Program-made: the position numbers and the translations under genes
In this document: one piece after another, positions 1 to 7,975 of the stretch
Layout: each line of letters opens with the position of its first letter
How positions within the stretch are numbered: the stretch's first letter is position 1
Virus record (IMG/VR): IMGVR_UViG_3300042453_001025
Coordinates: 1-34,675 of that record
Length of the DNA: 34,675 bases
Source: a virus
Taxonomy: Duplodnaviria; Caudoviricetes
Reading direction: 5' to 3' (one strand)
The notes under the pieces: generated by a model
Databases searched by the model: none
What the model was told of the DNA's origin: nothing
What the model saw: the letters and a program-made list of their open reading frames with translations, nothing else

Positions 1-149
1 AGGATTCCGCATGGTTTTACATCCGATTTCGCAATGGCGGAAAAATCGAATACCAATCGCCATCGACCACAAAGAAATTCGCCGGAATCCAATCCTTTTT
101 CCAAATACGCTACCAATTGCGAGTTGTCGCATGTCTGCGAGGGGCCGAA
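1..149. repeat. Terminal direct repeat, left copy (circular assembly overlap)
   Basis: 1-149 matches 34527-34675 except one base (C at 23 vs G at 34549). Confidence 0.97.
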
Positions 150-413
150 CCATGGATGTTGGAAGAACAATTGCGCGGCGCCGTTGTCAACGCGGATTTG
201 CCATCGACCGCCACATTTGCCAATGTTTCAATCATTCCGGTTGAATCAACCATTGACCCGGTGACGGTGGCCATCGAAGAATCGCCGCAGAAAAAAGGCC
301 GTCCCTTTGATAAAAATTTGACGTTTGTCGCCTTTGATTTCGATTTGGTAGGCGACCGGGACATGGCGTTGGAAAATTATTGTGACAACCCGTGTGATGG
401 TCCGGCGTGTTGA
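3..413 (+). CDS. 3' part of junction-spanning gene (starts 34373; about 188 aa), putative tail terminator/tail-completion protein
   Basis: The frame from ATG 34373 continues through the repeat into ...LRVVACLRGAEPW...YCDNPCDGPAC-TGA. Function inferred from position after the neck gene. Confidence 0.6.
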   Translation, partial: DSAWFYIRFRNGGKIEYQSPSTTKKFAGIQSFFQIRYQLRVVACLRGAEPWMLEEQLRGAVVNADLPSTATFANVSIIPVESTIDPVTVAIEESPQKKGRPFDKNLTFVAFDFDLVGDRDMALENYCDNPCDGPAC

Positions 414-438
414 TTATCTTTGAGAAAAATTGAATCAC

Positions 439-747
439 ATGAATTGCGGATGTTCAAAACACATTGGTTGTTTCGCTCCAAATCAAACCATTGATTTTGG
501 TTTGACTGCGCCATGTTCAGACGATTACGTCTTTGAAATTTGGAACGCAAATGGAACATTTACAACAATAAGCGTTGAATTGGAAACGGGCGACCCGTTA
601 ACGTTGCCAATGACATTCAACGAGAATGCGACAACAACCATCAAAATTCGTGTTCCGGATTGCGCGTCGGGGCCTGGATTTTATTATTTTACCACATCGG
701 ATGGCGCGTGTTCATGGACCGTCCATGGAATTTCGCCCGTTTGCTAA
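439..747 (+). CDS. Small Cys-rich, beta-rich putative virion protein (102 aa)
   Basis: ATG 439 (MNCGCSKHIGC...); 7 Cys; TAATG coupling to the next gene. Confidence 0.7.
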   Translation: MNCGCSKHIGCFAPNQTIDFGLTAPCSDDYVFEIWNANGTFTTISVELETGDPLTLPMTFNENATTTIKIRVPDCASGPGFYYFTTSDGACSWTVHGISPVC

Positions 748-1166
748 TGGAAAAAATTCGAAAAGTATTGAACGAATTGACCGGGTTTGGAATGGGAATC
801 ATGACCGGTTTGGGTTTGGCGATATTCACCGAACATGGCGACATGTTCAAACAAGTGATGTTGGCCGGCCTGGTTGGCATGGGCGCCGGAGCGATGACGA
901 TATTCATTGATTTTATCATTCAGCCGGGCCAAATTTTCGGGTTTTGGACCTGGTTTTTGGAACGTGTTGTCAATCACCCGAAAAATCCATTAAAGTTTTT
1001 GTATAAACCAATGGGTGGTTGTTTGTATTGTATGAATACGTGGGTAGCGTTTGGAATTTATACGTTGGTCGCATTGAACACCGGGTTGACTTGGTGGTTG
1101 ATTCTGCCATCCGCCGCCATCGCCCATGTGGCCGTTTCGATATTGGAACCAATTGTGAACGGGTGA
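747..1166 (+). CDS. Multi-pass membrane protein with CxxC (DUF1360-like)
   Basis: ATG 747 overlaps the upstream TAA; about 4 hydrophobic segments; KPMGGCLYCMNTW precedes a TM helix. Family assigned from recalled motif. Confidence 0.65.
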   Translation: MEKIRKVLNELTGFGMGIMTGLGLAIFTEHGDMFKQVMLAGLVGMGAGAMTIFIDFIIQPGQIFGFWTWFLERVVNHPKNPLKFLYKPMGGCLYCMNTWVAFGIYTLVALNTGLTWWLILPSAAIAHVAVSILEPIVNG

Positions 1167-1217
1167 TTCCAACCCGTGATTGTGTCGTAGTTTAGTTTTG
1201 GTTTAAGTTTTAACAGG

Positions 1218-1243
1218 AAACCCGGAAACGTCCGGGTTTTTTT
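1218..1243 (+). terminator. Rho-independent terminator ending the late operon
   Basis: AAACCCGGA-AACG-TCCGGGTTT hairpin running into a 7-T tract. Confidence 0.9.
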
Positions 1244-1284
1244 GTCCCTAACATGTACGTGTTGAAAAACTTTTTTTAAAAAAA

Positions 1285-1315
1285 TTTGCGGAAACGAAAA
1301 ACGCGTGTATATTTG
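1285..1315 (+). promoter_or_regulatory. Bacteroidota-type promoter (-33 TTTG, -7 TATATTTG)
   Basis: TTTG 1285-1288, 19-nt spacer, TATATTTG 1308-1315, upstream of the first early gene. Confidence 0.8.
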
Positions 1316-1335
1316 CCAAACAAAACAACAACGAC

Positions 1336-1527
1336 ATGAAACAAATCAATCACACCGAGTACATGAAGAAAGTCAAAACATTGACCGAAGAATCATTGCG
1401 CTACATAATCAAAGATTGTCAAGAAGCAATCAACGCCATGCCAAATGGAGAAAAGGCCGGATATTATGCGGACGAAATTCATTATTGTGCAATGGAATTG
1501 AGCCGTCGCGCGTCAACAAAAAAATAA
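1336..1527 (+). CDS. Hypothetical early protein (63 aa)
   Basis: ATG after promoter and CAA-rich leader; helical sequence. Confidence 0.75.
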   Translation: MKQINHTEYMKKVKTLTEESLRYIIKDCQEAINAMPNGEKAGYYADEIHYCAMELSRRASTKK

Positions 1528-1594
1528 TTCATCCGGGGGCGCGACCGGTCAACGCGCAAATCACAACAACATCAAAATCAAAAATCAAAATCAA

Positions 1595-2107
1595 ATGTTT
1601 AAACTCACAATTTCCAACATGCAGAATTCGGATTCACGTTCATTCGAATTCAACGATTTCAAAACCGCCATGTCACGTTTCAACGAACACATGGACGCCA
1701 ACAACATCAACGAAATCGATTTTTTCGATGACGCGTTTGATATGTGGTTCGCAGACCCAACCGCCGTTGGTGAATACCTGGTTGCCGGATGTGGCGGAAT
1801 TGGCCATGATGTTCGAATCGAATTGGAGGCCATCAAAGCGTTCACGCCGGTTCACGCCAATTCAATTTCAAATCTGCCAATCATTGAATCCAAATTGCGT
1901 CAATTGGGCGCCCGTCATATTGGACGAAATGATGACGAACAAATGGATTTGTGGCAATTTGAAAACCGAATGTTCATAATTCGGGAAACATGGTCATCAA
2001 TCGATGGCGAACGATTCGAAGTGTATTGTTCAATGGAATTCAACACCCTGGATTCTGCCATCCGCCAAATCGAAAACATTTGTCGAATCCAAACATTTAT
2101 GGCATGA
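1595..2107 (+). CDS. Hypothetical protein (170 aa)
   Basis: A-rich leader, typical codon usage, ATGA overlap with the next gene. Confidence 0.75.
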   Translation: MFKLTISNMQNSDSRSFEFNDFKTAMSRFNEHMDANNINEIDFFDDAFDMWFADPTAVGEYLVAGCGGIGHDVRIELEAIKAFTPVHANSISNLPIIESKLRQLGARHIGRNDDEQMDLWQFENRMFIIRETWSSIDGERFEVYCSMEFNTLDSAIRQIENICRIQTFMA

Positions 2108-2436
2108 AAACCAAAACCACAAAAAAAACCGGGGCCAATCGCCCCGGTCCATCAAAATGTCCAAACCACATTGGACCACAACAACACGGCGAATATAACA
2201 CCGATTTGATGTTGTTCGGTTCATTTGTGGATTGTTTGACCGATTTTGAATTGAAATTTTTGGTTCATCATTACAATTTGGGTTTGCCATTAGGCCGGTC
2301 CATTACGATGGCAGACATCAAAATGTTTCCAATGAACGAAATCATTCCATTTGTCAAATCAATCAACGTCGGAATCATTGGACAGTCCGTTGTTGATTGT
2401 ATCAACGCTAAATTGTCCACCAAATCAATTTTTTAA
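2104..2436 (+). CDS. Hypothetical protein (110 aa)
   Basis: Probable start ATG 2104 overlapping the upstream TGA. Confidence 0.65.
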   Translation: MKTKTTKKTGANRPGPSKCPNHIGPQQHGEYNTDLMLFGSFVDCLTDFELKFLVHHYNLGLPLGRSITMADIKMFPMNEIIPFVKSINVGIIGQSVVDCINAKLSTKSIF

Positions 2437-2447
2437 AAATTAACGTC

Positions 2448-2948
2448 ATGAACAACATCGAAAACAACACCACATCATTTTTGGCTGAAGTAAACGCCGA
2501 AGAAAATTTGACCAAAACAAAGGCCGCAGAATTCGCCGCCAAACTTATTCAATTGAACACCGATGGCCATGTGGACACATTGACCGCATTGGCACGGTTG
2601 GAATTTTTGTCCCAAATCATTGACCAGGTCAAAACCAACTATCGAAACGCCGCAGTCGATGAACTTGAATTGTATGGTCCGGAGGCCAAAACCGGAATCA
2701 CCCGTTTTGGTGTGACATTTAAACAAAAGGAAACCGCAGTCAAATACGATTTCAGTCAAACGGATATTTGGAACGGTATTGAATACGAAATTGAACGATT
2801 GAAGGCAGACCAAAAAGCAATTGAAACACAATTGAAAGGGTTGACCAAACCAACCAAGATTTTGGACGAAGAAACCGGAGAAATCACCGTCATGAATCCG
2901 CCAATCAAATCGTCGAAAACAACCGTCGAAATCACTTTGTCAAAATAA
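2448..2948 (+). CDS. Hypothetical coiled-coil protein next to the recombinase
   Basis: 166-aa ORF with helical character directly upstream of Bet/RecT. Confidence 0.7.
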   Translation: MNNIENNTTSFLAEVNAEENLTKTKAAEFAAKLIQLNTDGHVDTLTALARLEFLSQIIDQVKTNYRNAAVDELELYGPEAKTGITRFGVTFKQKETAVKYDFSQTDIWNGIEYEIERLKADQKAIETQLKGLTKPTKILDEETGEITVMNPPIKSSKTTVEITLSK

Positions 2949-2966
2949 TATTTTCGCATATATTTG
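2936..2966 (+). promoter_or_regulatory. Bacteroidota-type promoter upstream of the recombinase
   Basis: TTTG 2936-2939, 19-nt spacer, TATATTTG 2959-2966. Confidence 0.75.
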
Positions 2967-2990
2967 CGGAAACCAAAACACAACAACATC

Positions 2991-3911
2991 ATGAATGAAA
3001 TTCAAAAAAACCAGGTTCACACAATCGATGTGGCCAAATTGCAAGTGTATTTGAACGCCATGGGAATGGCAAACAATCTGACATCCGGAGAATTCCAACA
3101 ATTCGTGGAAATCGCCCAAGGGTTCGGACTGAATCCATTCAAACGCGAAATCTACGCGAATAAGTACGGGGACAAATTTTCGGTCATCGTCGGGTTCGAA
3201 ACATACATCAAACGCGCGGAACGTTCGGGACTTTTGGCCGGATGGTCCGTTGTGACGACCGGCGCCGTGAACTATGAGAAACCCAAACAGTCAACTTTGA
3301 TGGCGACCATCACAATTCACCGAAAAGATTTCCAATTTCCGTTCGTCCATGAAGTGTATTTTTCCGAGTATTTCGGAAGCCGCCGCGATGGAACCATGAC
3401 GGATTTTTGGAAAAACAAACCGGTGACCATGATTAAAAAAGTCGCCATGGCCCAAGGGTTCCGACTTTGTTTTTCGGATGAATTGGGTGGTATGCCATAC
3501 ACGGCCGAAGAATTGTCCGCAATGGATACCGAAATCAAAACCGCCGGACAACCATCGCCACCGGCGCCCGTCATCAATTTGGACGTGTTGATTGCCCAAA
3601 TTGAGGCCGCGAAATCGAAATCCGATTTGATTGACATTTGGAAGTCCAATCCGGAACACCATGGAAACCCAGGGTTCAAACATGCGATGACATCACGGAA
3701 AAAAATATTGGAGGCGCTGAATGACGGCGCCCCAATTCCGTCCGCCCCAATATCCGATACCGAATCATTGATTGACCAAATCATGGCCGCAGAATCAACC
3801 GAAGCCATTTTGGAATTGACGGTTGACCAAACGGACCCCGACGTCATGGACGCCGCCATGACCAGGTTGGAAAAATTAAACGGCGCAATCCAACAAGATT
3901 TATTCGAATGA
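2991..3911 (+). CDS. bet: Single-strand annealing recombinase, Bet/RecT family
   Basis: GLNPFKREIY and W.NKPVTMIKKVAMAQGFRLCF motifs typical of lambda Bet/RecT. Confidence 0.88.
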   Translation: MNEIQKNQVHTIDVAKLQVYLNAMGMANNLTSGEFQQFVEIAQGFGLNPFKREIYANKYGDKFSVIVGFETYIKRAERSGLLAGWSVVTTGAVNYEKPKQSTLMATITIHRKDFQFPFVHEVYFSEYFGSRRDGTMTDFWKNKPVTMIKKVAMAQGFRLCFSDELGGMPYTAEELSAMDTEIKTAGQPSPPAPVINLDVLIAQIEAAKSKSDLIDIWKSNPEHHGNPGFKHAMTSRKKILEALNDGAPIPSAPISDTESLIDQIMAAESTEAILELTVDQTDPDVMDAAMTRLEKLNGAIQQDLFE

Positions 3912-4030
3912 TTACAATTGCCATTTTTTTGGTTGCAATCGGATTGATTGGAACCATTGACGCCATTATTCAAACAAACCGATATAAAAACAAATATGAC
4001 CGAAACGATGACACCGAACCAATGGGTTGA
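3908..4030 (+). CDS. Small single-pass membrane peptide (40 aa; not in ORF track)
   Basis: ATGA overlap with the bet stop; MITIAIFLVAIGLIGTIDAIIQTNRYKNKYDRNDDTEPMG. Confidence 0.5.
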   Translation: MITIAIFLVAIGLIGTIDAIIQTNRYKNKYDRNDDTEPMG

Positions 4031-4409
4031 CCCCTTAGATGTCCAAACCGCCATCAAAAGAAAATTCCGAACCATCCGCAATTTCTGCGAATCATCCGGA
4101 ATCAAATATCACGTCATGACCAATGCCATCACCGGGCGTTTGTCATCGCCCCGTTCTCAAGATGTGTTGAACAAAGCCAAACAACAAATCGCCGAATGTG
4201 AATTGTTGCCATGTGTTTGGTGTATTGACCAGGAACAACGGGAATTTGTGAAAAACGGTGTGAAAAACAGGTTTGGAACCTTGCAAAACTTTTGCAAAAG
4301 CCACCCGGAATTCACGTTGACTTTTGTCCACAACGTCATTGCCGGAAAACGCAAACGAGTTGATGACCGGGTGTTGGCATTGATTGAAATATTGAATGAC
4401 CATGAATGA
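3996..4409 (+). CDS. DNA-binding protein with two tandem HTH-like repeats
   Basis: Internal duplication: IKRKFRTIRNFCESSGIKYHVMTNAITGR vs VKNRFGTLQNFCKSHPEFTLTFVHNVIAGKR. Start uncertain (3996 or 4008). Confidence 0.65.
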   Translation: MTETMTPNQWVDPLDVQTAIKRKFRTIRNFCESSGIKYHVMTNAITGRLSSPRSQDVLNKAKQQIAECELLPCVWCIDQEQREFVKNGVKNRFGTLQNFCKSHPEFTLTFVHNVIAGKRKRVDDRVLALIEILNDHE

Positions 4410-5208
4410 ACCAAAAAAATTTCGTCATGGTTCATTGTTTTCAGGAATTGGCGGATTCGATTTGGCCGCAGAATGGATGAATTGGGAAAACGTTTTCCAT
4501 TGTGAATGGAATCCATTTGGCCAACGCGTTTTGAAGCATTATTGGCCAAACGCCGAATCATTTGACGATATAACAAAAACCGATTTTTCAAAATATTATG
4601 GAACAATTGACATTATTTCCGGCGGATTCCCTTGTCAACCCTATTCAGCCGCAGGCAAACGACTTGGAAAAGAGGATGAACGCCATTTGTGGCCGCACAT
4701 GTTGCGAGCGATTGCAGAAATTGCCCCAAGTTGGGTTGTGGGCGAAAACGTTCGCGGCCTTACTAATTGGAACGGGGGAATGGTATTCGACCAAGTGTGT
4801 GTTGACCTGGAAAATCTTGGATATTCGGTCGCGGCCTTTCTTATACCTGCATGCGCGACCAACGCCCCACACAAACGCGAACGAATTTGGATTGTTGCCA
4901 ACACCAATGACCAGGGATTGGAAGGGCGGTCGAACAACCGAAGCGTTGAAAAAATCGGGACGAAATCAAAACAACAGTTTGCCGGACCGATTCCATCAAC
5001 CTGGAAAAACTTCACAATTGAATCCGCGATTTGTGGCCGAAATGATGGGATTCCCACCGAATTGGACGGAATTACCGTTTCGAAATGGCGAATTGAATCC
5101 ATCAAAGCATTTGGAAACGCCGTTTGTCCCAATGTAGTTTTGCAAATTTTCAAAACCATCGAAATGTATGAACAACAACAACAACAACAAACGGTCAAAT
5201 GGCCGTGA
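4396..5208 (+). CDS. DNA (cytosine-5) methyltransferase, alpha subunit
   Basis: Motif I FSGIGG, IV GGFPCQPYS, VI ENV, VIII HKRERIW, X FGNAV; motif IX not found in this frame. Confidence 0.93.
   Translation: MTMNEPKKFRHGSLFSGIGGFDLAAEWMNWENVFHCEWNPFGQRVLKHYWPNAESFDDITKTDFSKYYGTIDIISGGFPCQPYSAAGKRLGKEDERHLWPHMLRAIAEIAPSWVVGENVRGLTNWNGGMVFDQVCVDLENLGYSVAAFLIPACATNAPHKRERIWIVANTNDQGLEGRSNNRSVEKIGTKSKQQFAGPIPSTWKNFTIESAICGRNDGIPTELDGITVSKWRIESIKAFGNAVCPNVVLQIFKTIEMYEQQQQQQTVKWP
4598..5137 (+). CDS. Nested +1-frame beta subunit of the C5 methyltransferase (motif IX)
   Basis: 179-aa ORF wholly inside the alpha gene; LLPTPMTRDWKG and LNPRFVAEMMGFPPNWT (motif IX-like). Same arrangement as M.EcoHK31I. 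Confidence 0.8.
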   Translation: MEQLTLFPADSLVNPIQPQANDLEKRMNAICGRTCCERLQKLPQVGLWAKTFAALLIGTGEWYSTKCVLTWKILDIRSRPFLYLHARPTPHTNANEFGLLPTPMTRDWKGGRTTEALKKSGRNQNNSLPDRFHQPGKTSQLNPRFVAEMMGFPPNWTELPFRNGELNPSKHLETPFVPM

Positions 5209-5974
5209 CCGGTCGCCATCGTTCCAATTTTACCCTGGAGATTGGTTGACCGACCCGAAATTGAACCTTTGTTCGCCGCAGACAAAAGGCGTTTGGGTTG
5301 ACCTACTTTGCCACATGTATTTGTCCGATGAACCCGGATTTTTGGTTTTTGGCGACATCATTTTGGACGCGAATGGAATCCAAAAGTTGTCCAAAATTAG
5401 TCCAAAAGTGTTCCAAAAAGTGTTCGTTGAACTTACCACATTTGGAATCATTCAGCGTGATGAATTAGGGCGCTATTTTTCCAAACGAATGGTCAATGAT
5501 GAACGGATTCGTAAGCAATGGCGGGAAATTGGCAAATTGGGAGGCAATCCGAAATTGAAAAAAAAGGATAACCCAAAGGATAACCCAAAGGATAACACCC
5601 CCGAAAAGCCATTTCCAACCTTTTCATCTTCATCTTCATCTTCTAATATAAATACCCACACTAACGTGTGTGTATTTACACACCCGGTCACAATCGAAAT
5701 TCAAAAAAATTTTCCGACCGTTGCCAAAATGAAATCGCCGTTGACCGATGACCAGGCCGAAAAACTTTTGGCTGAACATTCGATGGCAGAAATCACCGAC
5801 GTTTTGGAAGCGATGGAAAACGTTCCGACATTGGCCACCAAATACAAATCAACTTTTTTGACCATCAAAAATTGGATTAAACACCGAAAATCAAATGACA
5901 ACACCAACAACAACCAACCAAACCGGAATCGAAATCCGAAACCCAATTTCGACGATGCAATTTCGAAGTTTTAA
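5168..5974 (+). CDS. Phage replication initiator (YdaU/DUF1376-like N-terminus)
   Basis: PSFQFYPGDWLTD...GVWVDLLCHM N-terminus, GKLGGNP, low-complexity linker with direct repeats, helical C-terminus. Confidence 0.75.
   Translation: MNNNNNNKRSNGRDRSPSFQFYPGDWLTDPKLNLCSPQTKGVWVDLLCHMYLSDEPGFLVFGDIILDANGIQKLSKISPKVFQKVFVELTTFGIIQRDELGRYFSKRMVNDERIRKQWREIGKLGGNPKLKKKDNPKDNPKDNTPEKPFPTFSSSSSSSNINTHTNVCVFTHPVTIEIQKNFPTVAKMKSPLTDDQAEKLLAEHSMAEITDVLEAMENVPTLATKYKSTFLTIKNWIKHRKSNDNTNNNQPNRNRNPKPNFDDAISKF
5564..5599 (+). repeat. Three 12-bp tandem repeats, candidate origin iterons
   Basis: AAGGATAACCCA x2 plus AAGGATAACACC, after an A-tract and before (TCTTCA)n, inside the initiator gene. Confidence 0.55.
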
Positions 5975-6785
5975 CGGACGCGAGATTGTCGAAGCGTCAC
6001 GAGATACCCAAATTCGCAATTTAACGGACCAAGAATCAATCAAAATGTCTTTGAGGTACATTTTCACATTGGTTGGTCTTAAAAGCGAAAATTTGCCCTC
6101 TGAATTGCAAAAAATGGTTTTGATTGAATTCATCGAATCGGAATTCGCCTGGATGACCCCGGAAGAAATGAAATTGGCCTTTCGAATGGCCGTCGCCGGA
6201 AAATTGGATGTCGAAATCAACCATTTTCAAAACTTTTCACCCGTTTATTTTGCCGCAGTCGCTAACGCCTACAAAGAAAAACGCGGCGCCGCATTAACCG
6301 AATACAATTCAAAAATGTTGGAAATGACAACCAAACCACACCCGTCCGATGACGAAAAAAAATTGATGTTTTGGGGATTTGTTGAAGAATGTTTGTTGAA
6401 ACGTTGGGACCAATTCGCCACCGGAAAACCAATCCAGTGGCAGACCGTTCCGGGAATCGAACACATTTTCCGGACCATGGAACAATTGGGTTTTGTCCTG
6501 GAGAATGAAGACAAACACCAAATCGTTGAAATTGCCAAAAAGCAAATCACCAAACAAATCAACACCGAAGAACCACAAACGCGTGACCGAGCGCGTGAAA
6601 TCCGTTCATTGCGCGAATCACTCGAATCCGGTGAATTGGCATTCAAACAAAATCAAAATTTGGCAGACATCACCCGTCGCCGTTGTTATGAATTGAGCAT
6701 GGACCATTTTTTCCAAACATTCCGCAGACAAAACACCGATTTTCGGGCCGTAGTTGAACAAATCAAACAAAACCAATACGAATGA
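5895..6785 (+). CDS. Putative replication accessory protein (helicase-loader position)
   Basis: Long helical ORF overlapping the initiator 3' end; start 5895 or 5955; function inferred from position only. Confidence 0.55.
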   Translation: MTTPTTTNQTGIEIRNPISTMQFRSFNGREIVEASRDTQIRNLTDQESIKMSLRYIFTLVGLKSENLPSELQKMVLIEFIESEFAWMTPEEMKLAFRMAVAGKLDVEINHFQNFSPVYFAAVANAYKEKRGAALTEYNSKMLEMTTKPHPSDDEKKLMFWGFVEECLLKRWDQFATGKPIQWQTVPGIEHIFRTMEQLGFVLENEDKHQIVEIAKKQITKQINTEEPQTRDRAREIRSLRESLESGELAFKQNQNLADITRRRCYELSMDHFFQTFRRQNTDFRAVVEQIKQNQYE

Positions 6786-7009
6786 CAAAACCCATCAACC
6801 CCGGAACCGCCATTCTTTTTTTGCTCAAAAGGGAATATATAAAAGAATGCAAAATTGAAACCGTCGCCAATGACCAGGGCGAAGAATCCGACCGCGCCGT
6901 TCATCCAAACGGATGGTCATTTGAACAATGGCTAATCGAAAACAAAATGATTGTTCAACCACAATCCATCATTCAAACGCAAACACCAAAAATTGAACTT
7001 TTAAAATGA
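6782..7009 (+). CDS. Hypothetical protein (75 aa)
   Basis: ATGA overlaps at both ends. Confidence 0.7.
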   Translation: MTKPINPGTAILFLLKREYIKECKIETVANDQGEESDRAVHPNGWSFEQWLIENKMIVQPQSIIQTQTPKIELLK

Positions 7010-7410
7010 ACAAAATTTTTTTGATTGGCCATGTTGGCCAAGACCCAAAACGAACCACAAATGGAACCGGCGTCAACTATTCGTTGGCAGTAAAAGAACG
7101 AACCCGAATTGATGGCGAATGGACCGACAAAACCACATGGGTTGACGTTGTCCATTGGGGACAAAACGCGGACTTTGCCGAAAAATGGTGTAAAAAAGGC
7201 GCCAAAATTATGATTGAAGGCCGTTTGAATATCAATGAACGCGTTGATGGCGATGGCGTCAAAAAGCGTTTCACCAATGTTGTCGCGGAATCGGTTGAAC
7301 TTTTGGGACGTCCATCTGATGGTCAGTCAAATGACCATCAAACAACCGTCAAACAAAAATCCCAACCGGCCGCCGCAGTCAAACATGGGGACGACGATTT
7401 ACCCTGGTAA
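7006..7410 (+). CDS. ssb: Single-stranded DNA-binding protein
   Basis: NKIFLIGHVGQDP, KGAKIMIEGRL, acidic tail DDDLPW. Confidence 0.95.
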   Translation: MNKIFLIGHVGQDPKRTTNGTGVNYSLAVKERTRIDGEWTDKTTWVDVVHWGQNADFAEKWCKKGAKIMIEGRLNINERVDGDGVKKRFTNVVAESVELLGRPSDGQSNDHQTTVKQKSQPAAAVKHGDDDLPW

Positions 7411-7480
7411 AAATGATATTTTAAAAATTAATTGTTGAAAACAATCCAAAAAAACCAACGTCCAATCCGGGGCGTTGGTT

Positions 7481-7504
7481 CATATTTGCCAAAACAACAA
7501 CATC
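7481..7504 (+). promoter_or_regulatory. Promoter-like box plus conserved early leader
   Basis: CATATTTGCCAAAACAACAACATC-ATG resembles 1308-1338 and 2959-2993; the -7 box has one mismatch. Confidence 0.5.
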
Positions 7505-7975
7505 ATGAATACAGAAAAACGACACCAATGGCGAATTGAAATTGAACAACATTTGCCATCATTCAAAATTGACAATCGGTTTGAAAACCGAATCGTCGCA
7601 GAAAATCACCAACCGCGTTTTGTTTCCATGACGGTCGAATTGACCGCCGCAGAATTGGACGAACTGATGTCAACCATCAACACCGGATTCGAATGTCGGT
7701 TGATTTCGGTTACAAATATGTCCGAATGTTTGGTCATGGCCATTCAACAAACAAAAGACGTCGTCAAACTCCATTTGTTGGATGGAACACGTCGCGAACT
7801 TTGGACGCCGTTGCAAGTATTTGCGCCAATCTTAAAATCGGAAAACGATGTTCGCAGAATGAACGCCAATTTTGACCGGGACGAACCATTTCGCGCCTGG
7901 ATTGACCAATCCGATTGGAACTATTTATTGGACCATGAATCCGCAGACCGTTTGAAATACACTTTTGCCGAATGA
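7505..7975 (+). CDS. Hypothetical protein (156 aa)
   Basis: ATG 7505 after the conserved leader. Confidence 0.72.
   Translation: MNTEKRHQWRIEIEQHLPSFKIDNRFENRIVAENHQPRFVSMTVELTAAELDELMSTINTGFECRLISVTNMSECLVMAIQQTKDVVKLHLLDGTRRELWTPLQVFAPILKSENDVRRMNANFDRDEPFRAWIDQSDWNYLLDHESADRLKYTFAE

Noticed and set aside
1571-1594. ATCAAA(A) tandem repeats before ATG 1595
   Set aside because: Best explained as an A-rich low-structure translation leader.
1305-1979. 224-aa + strand ORF overlapping two early genes
   Set aside because: Starts inside the promoter, crosses an intergenic repeat and overlaps two better ORFs with proper leaders; no recognisable motif.
3317-4105. 262-aa minus-strand ORF, and similar long antisense ORFs (4641-5285, 27394-27981)
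   Set aside because: Antisense shadows of real genes. Scarce CTA/TTA on the + strand removes antisense stops, and I saw no minus-strand promoters or motifs.
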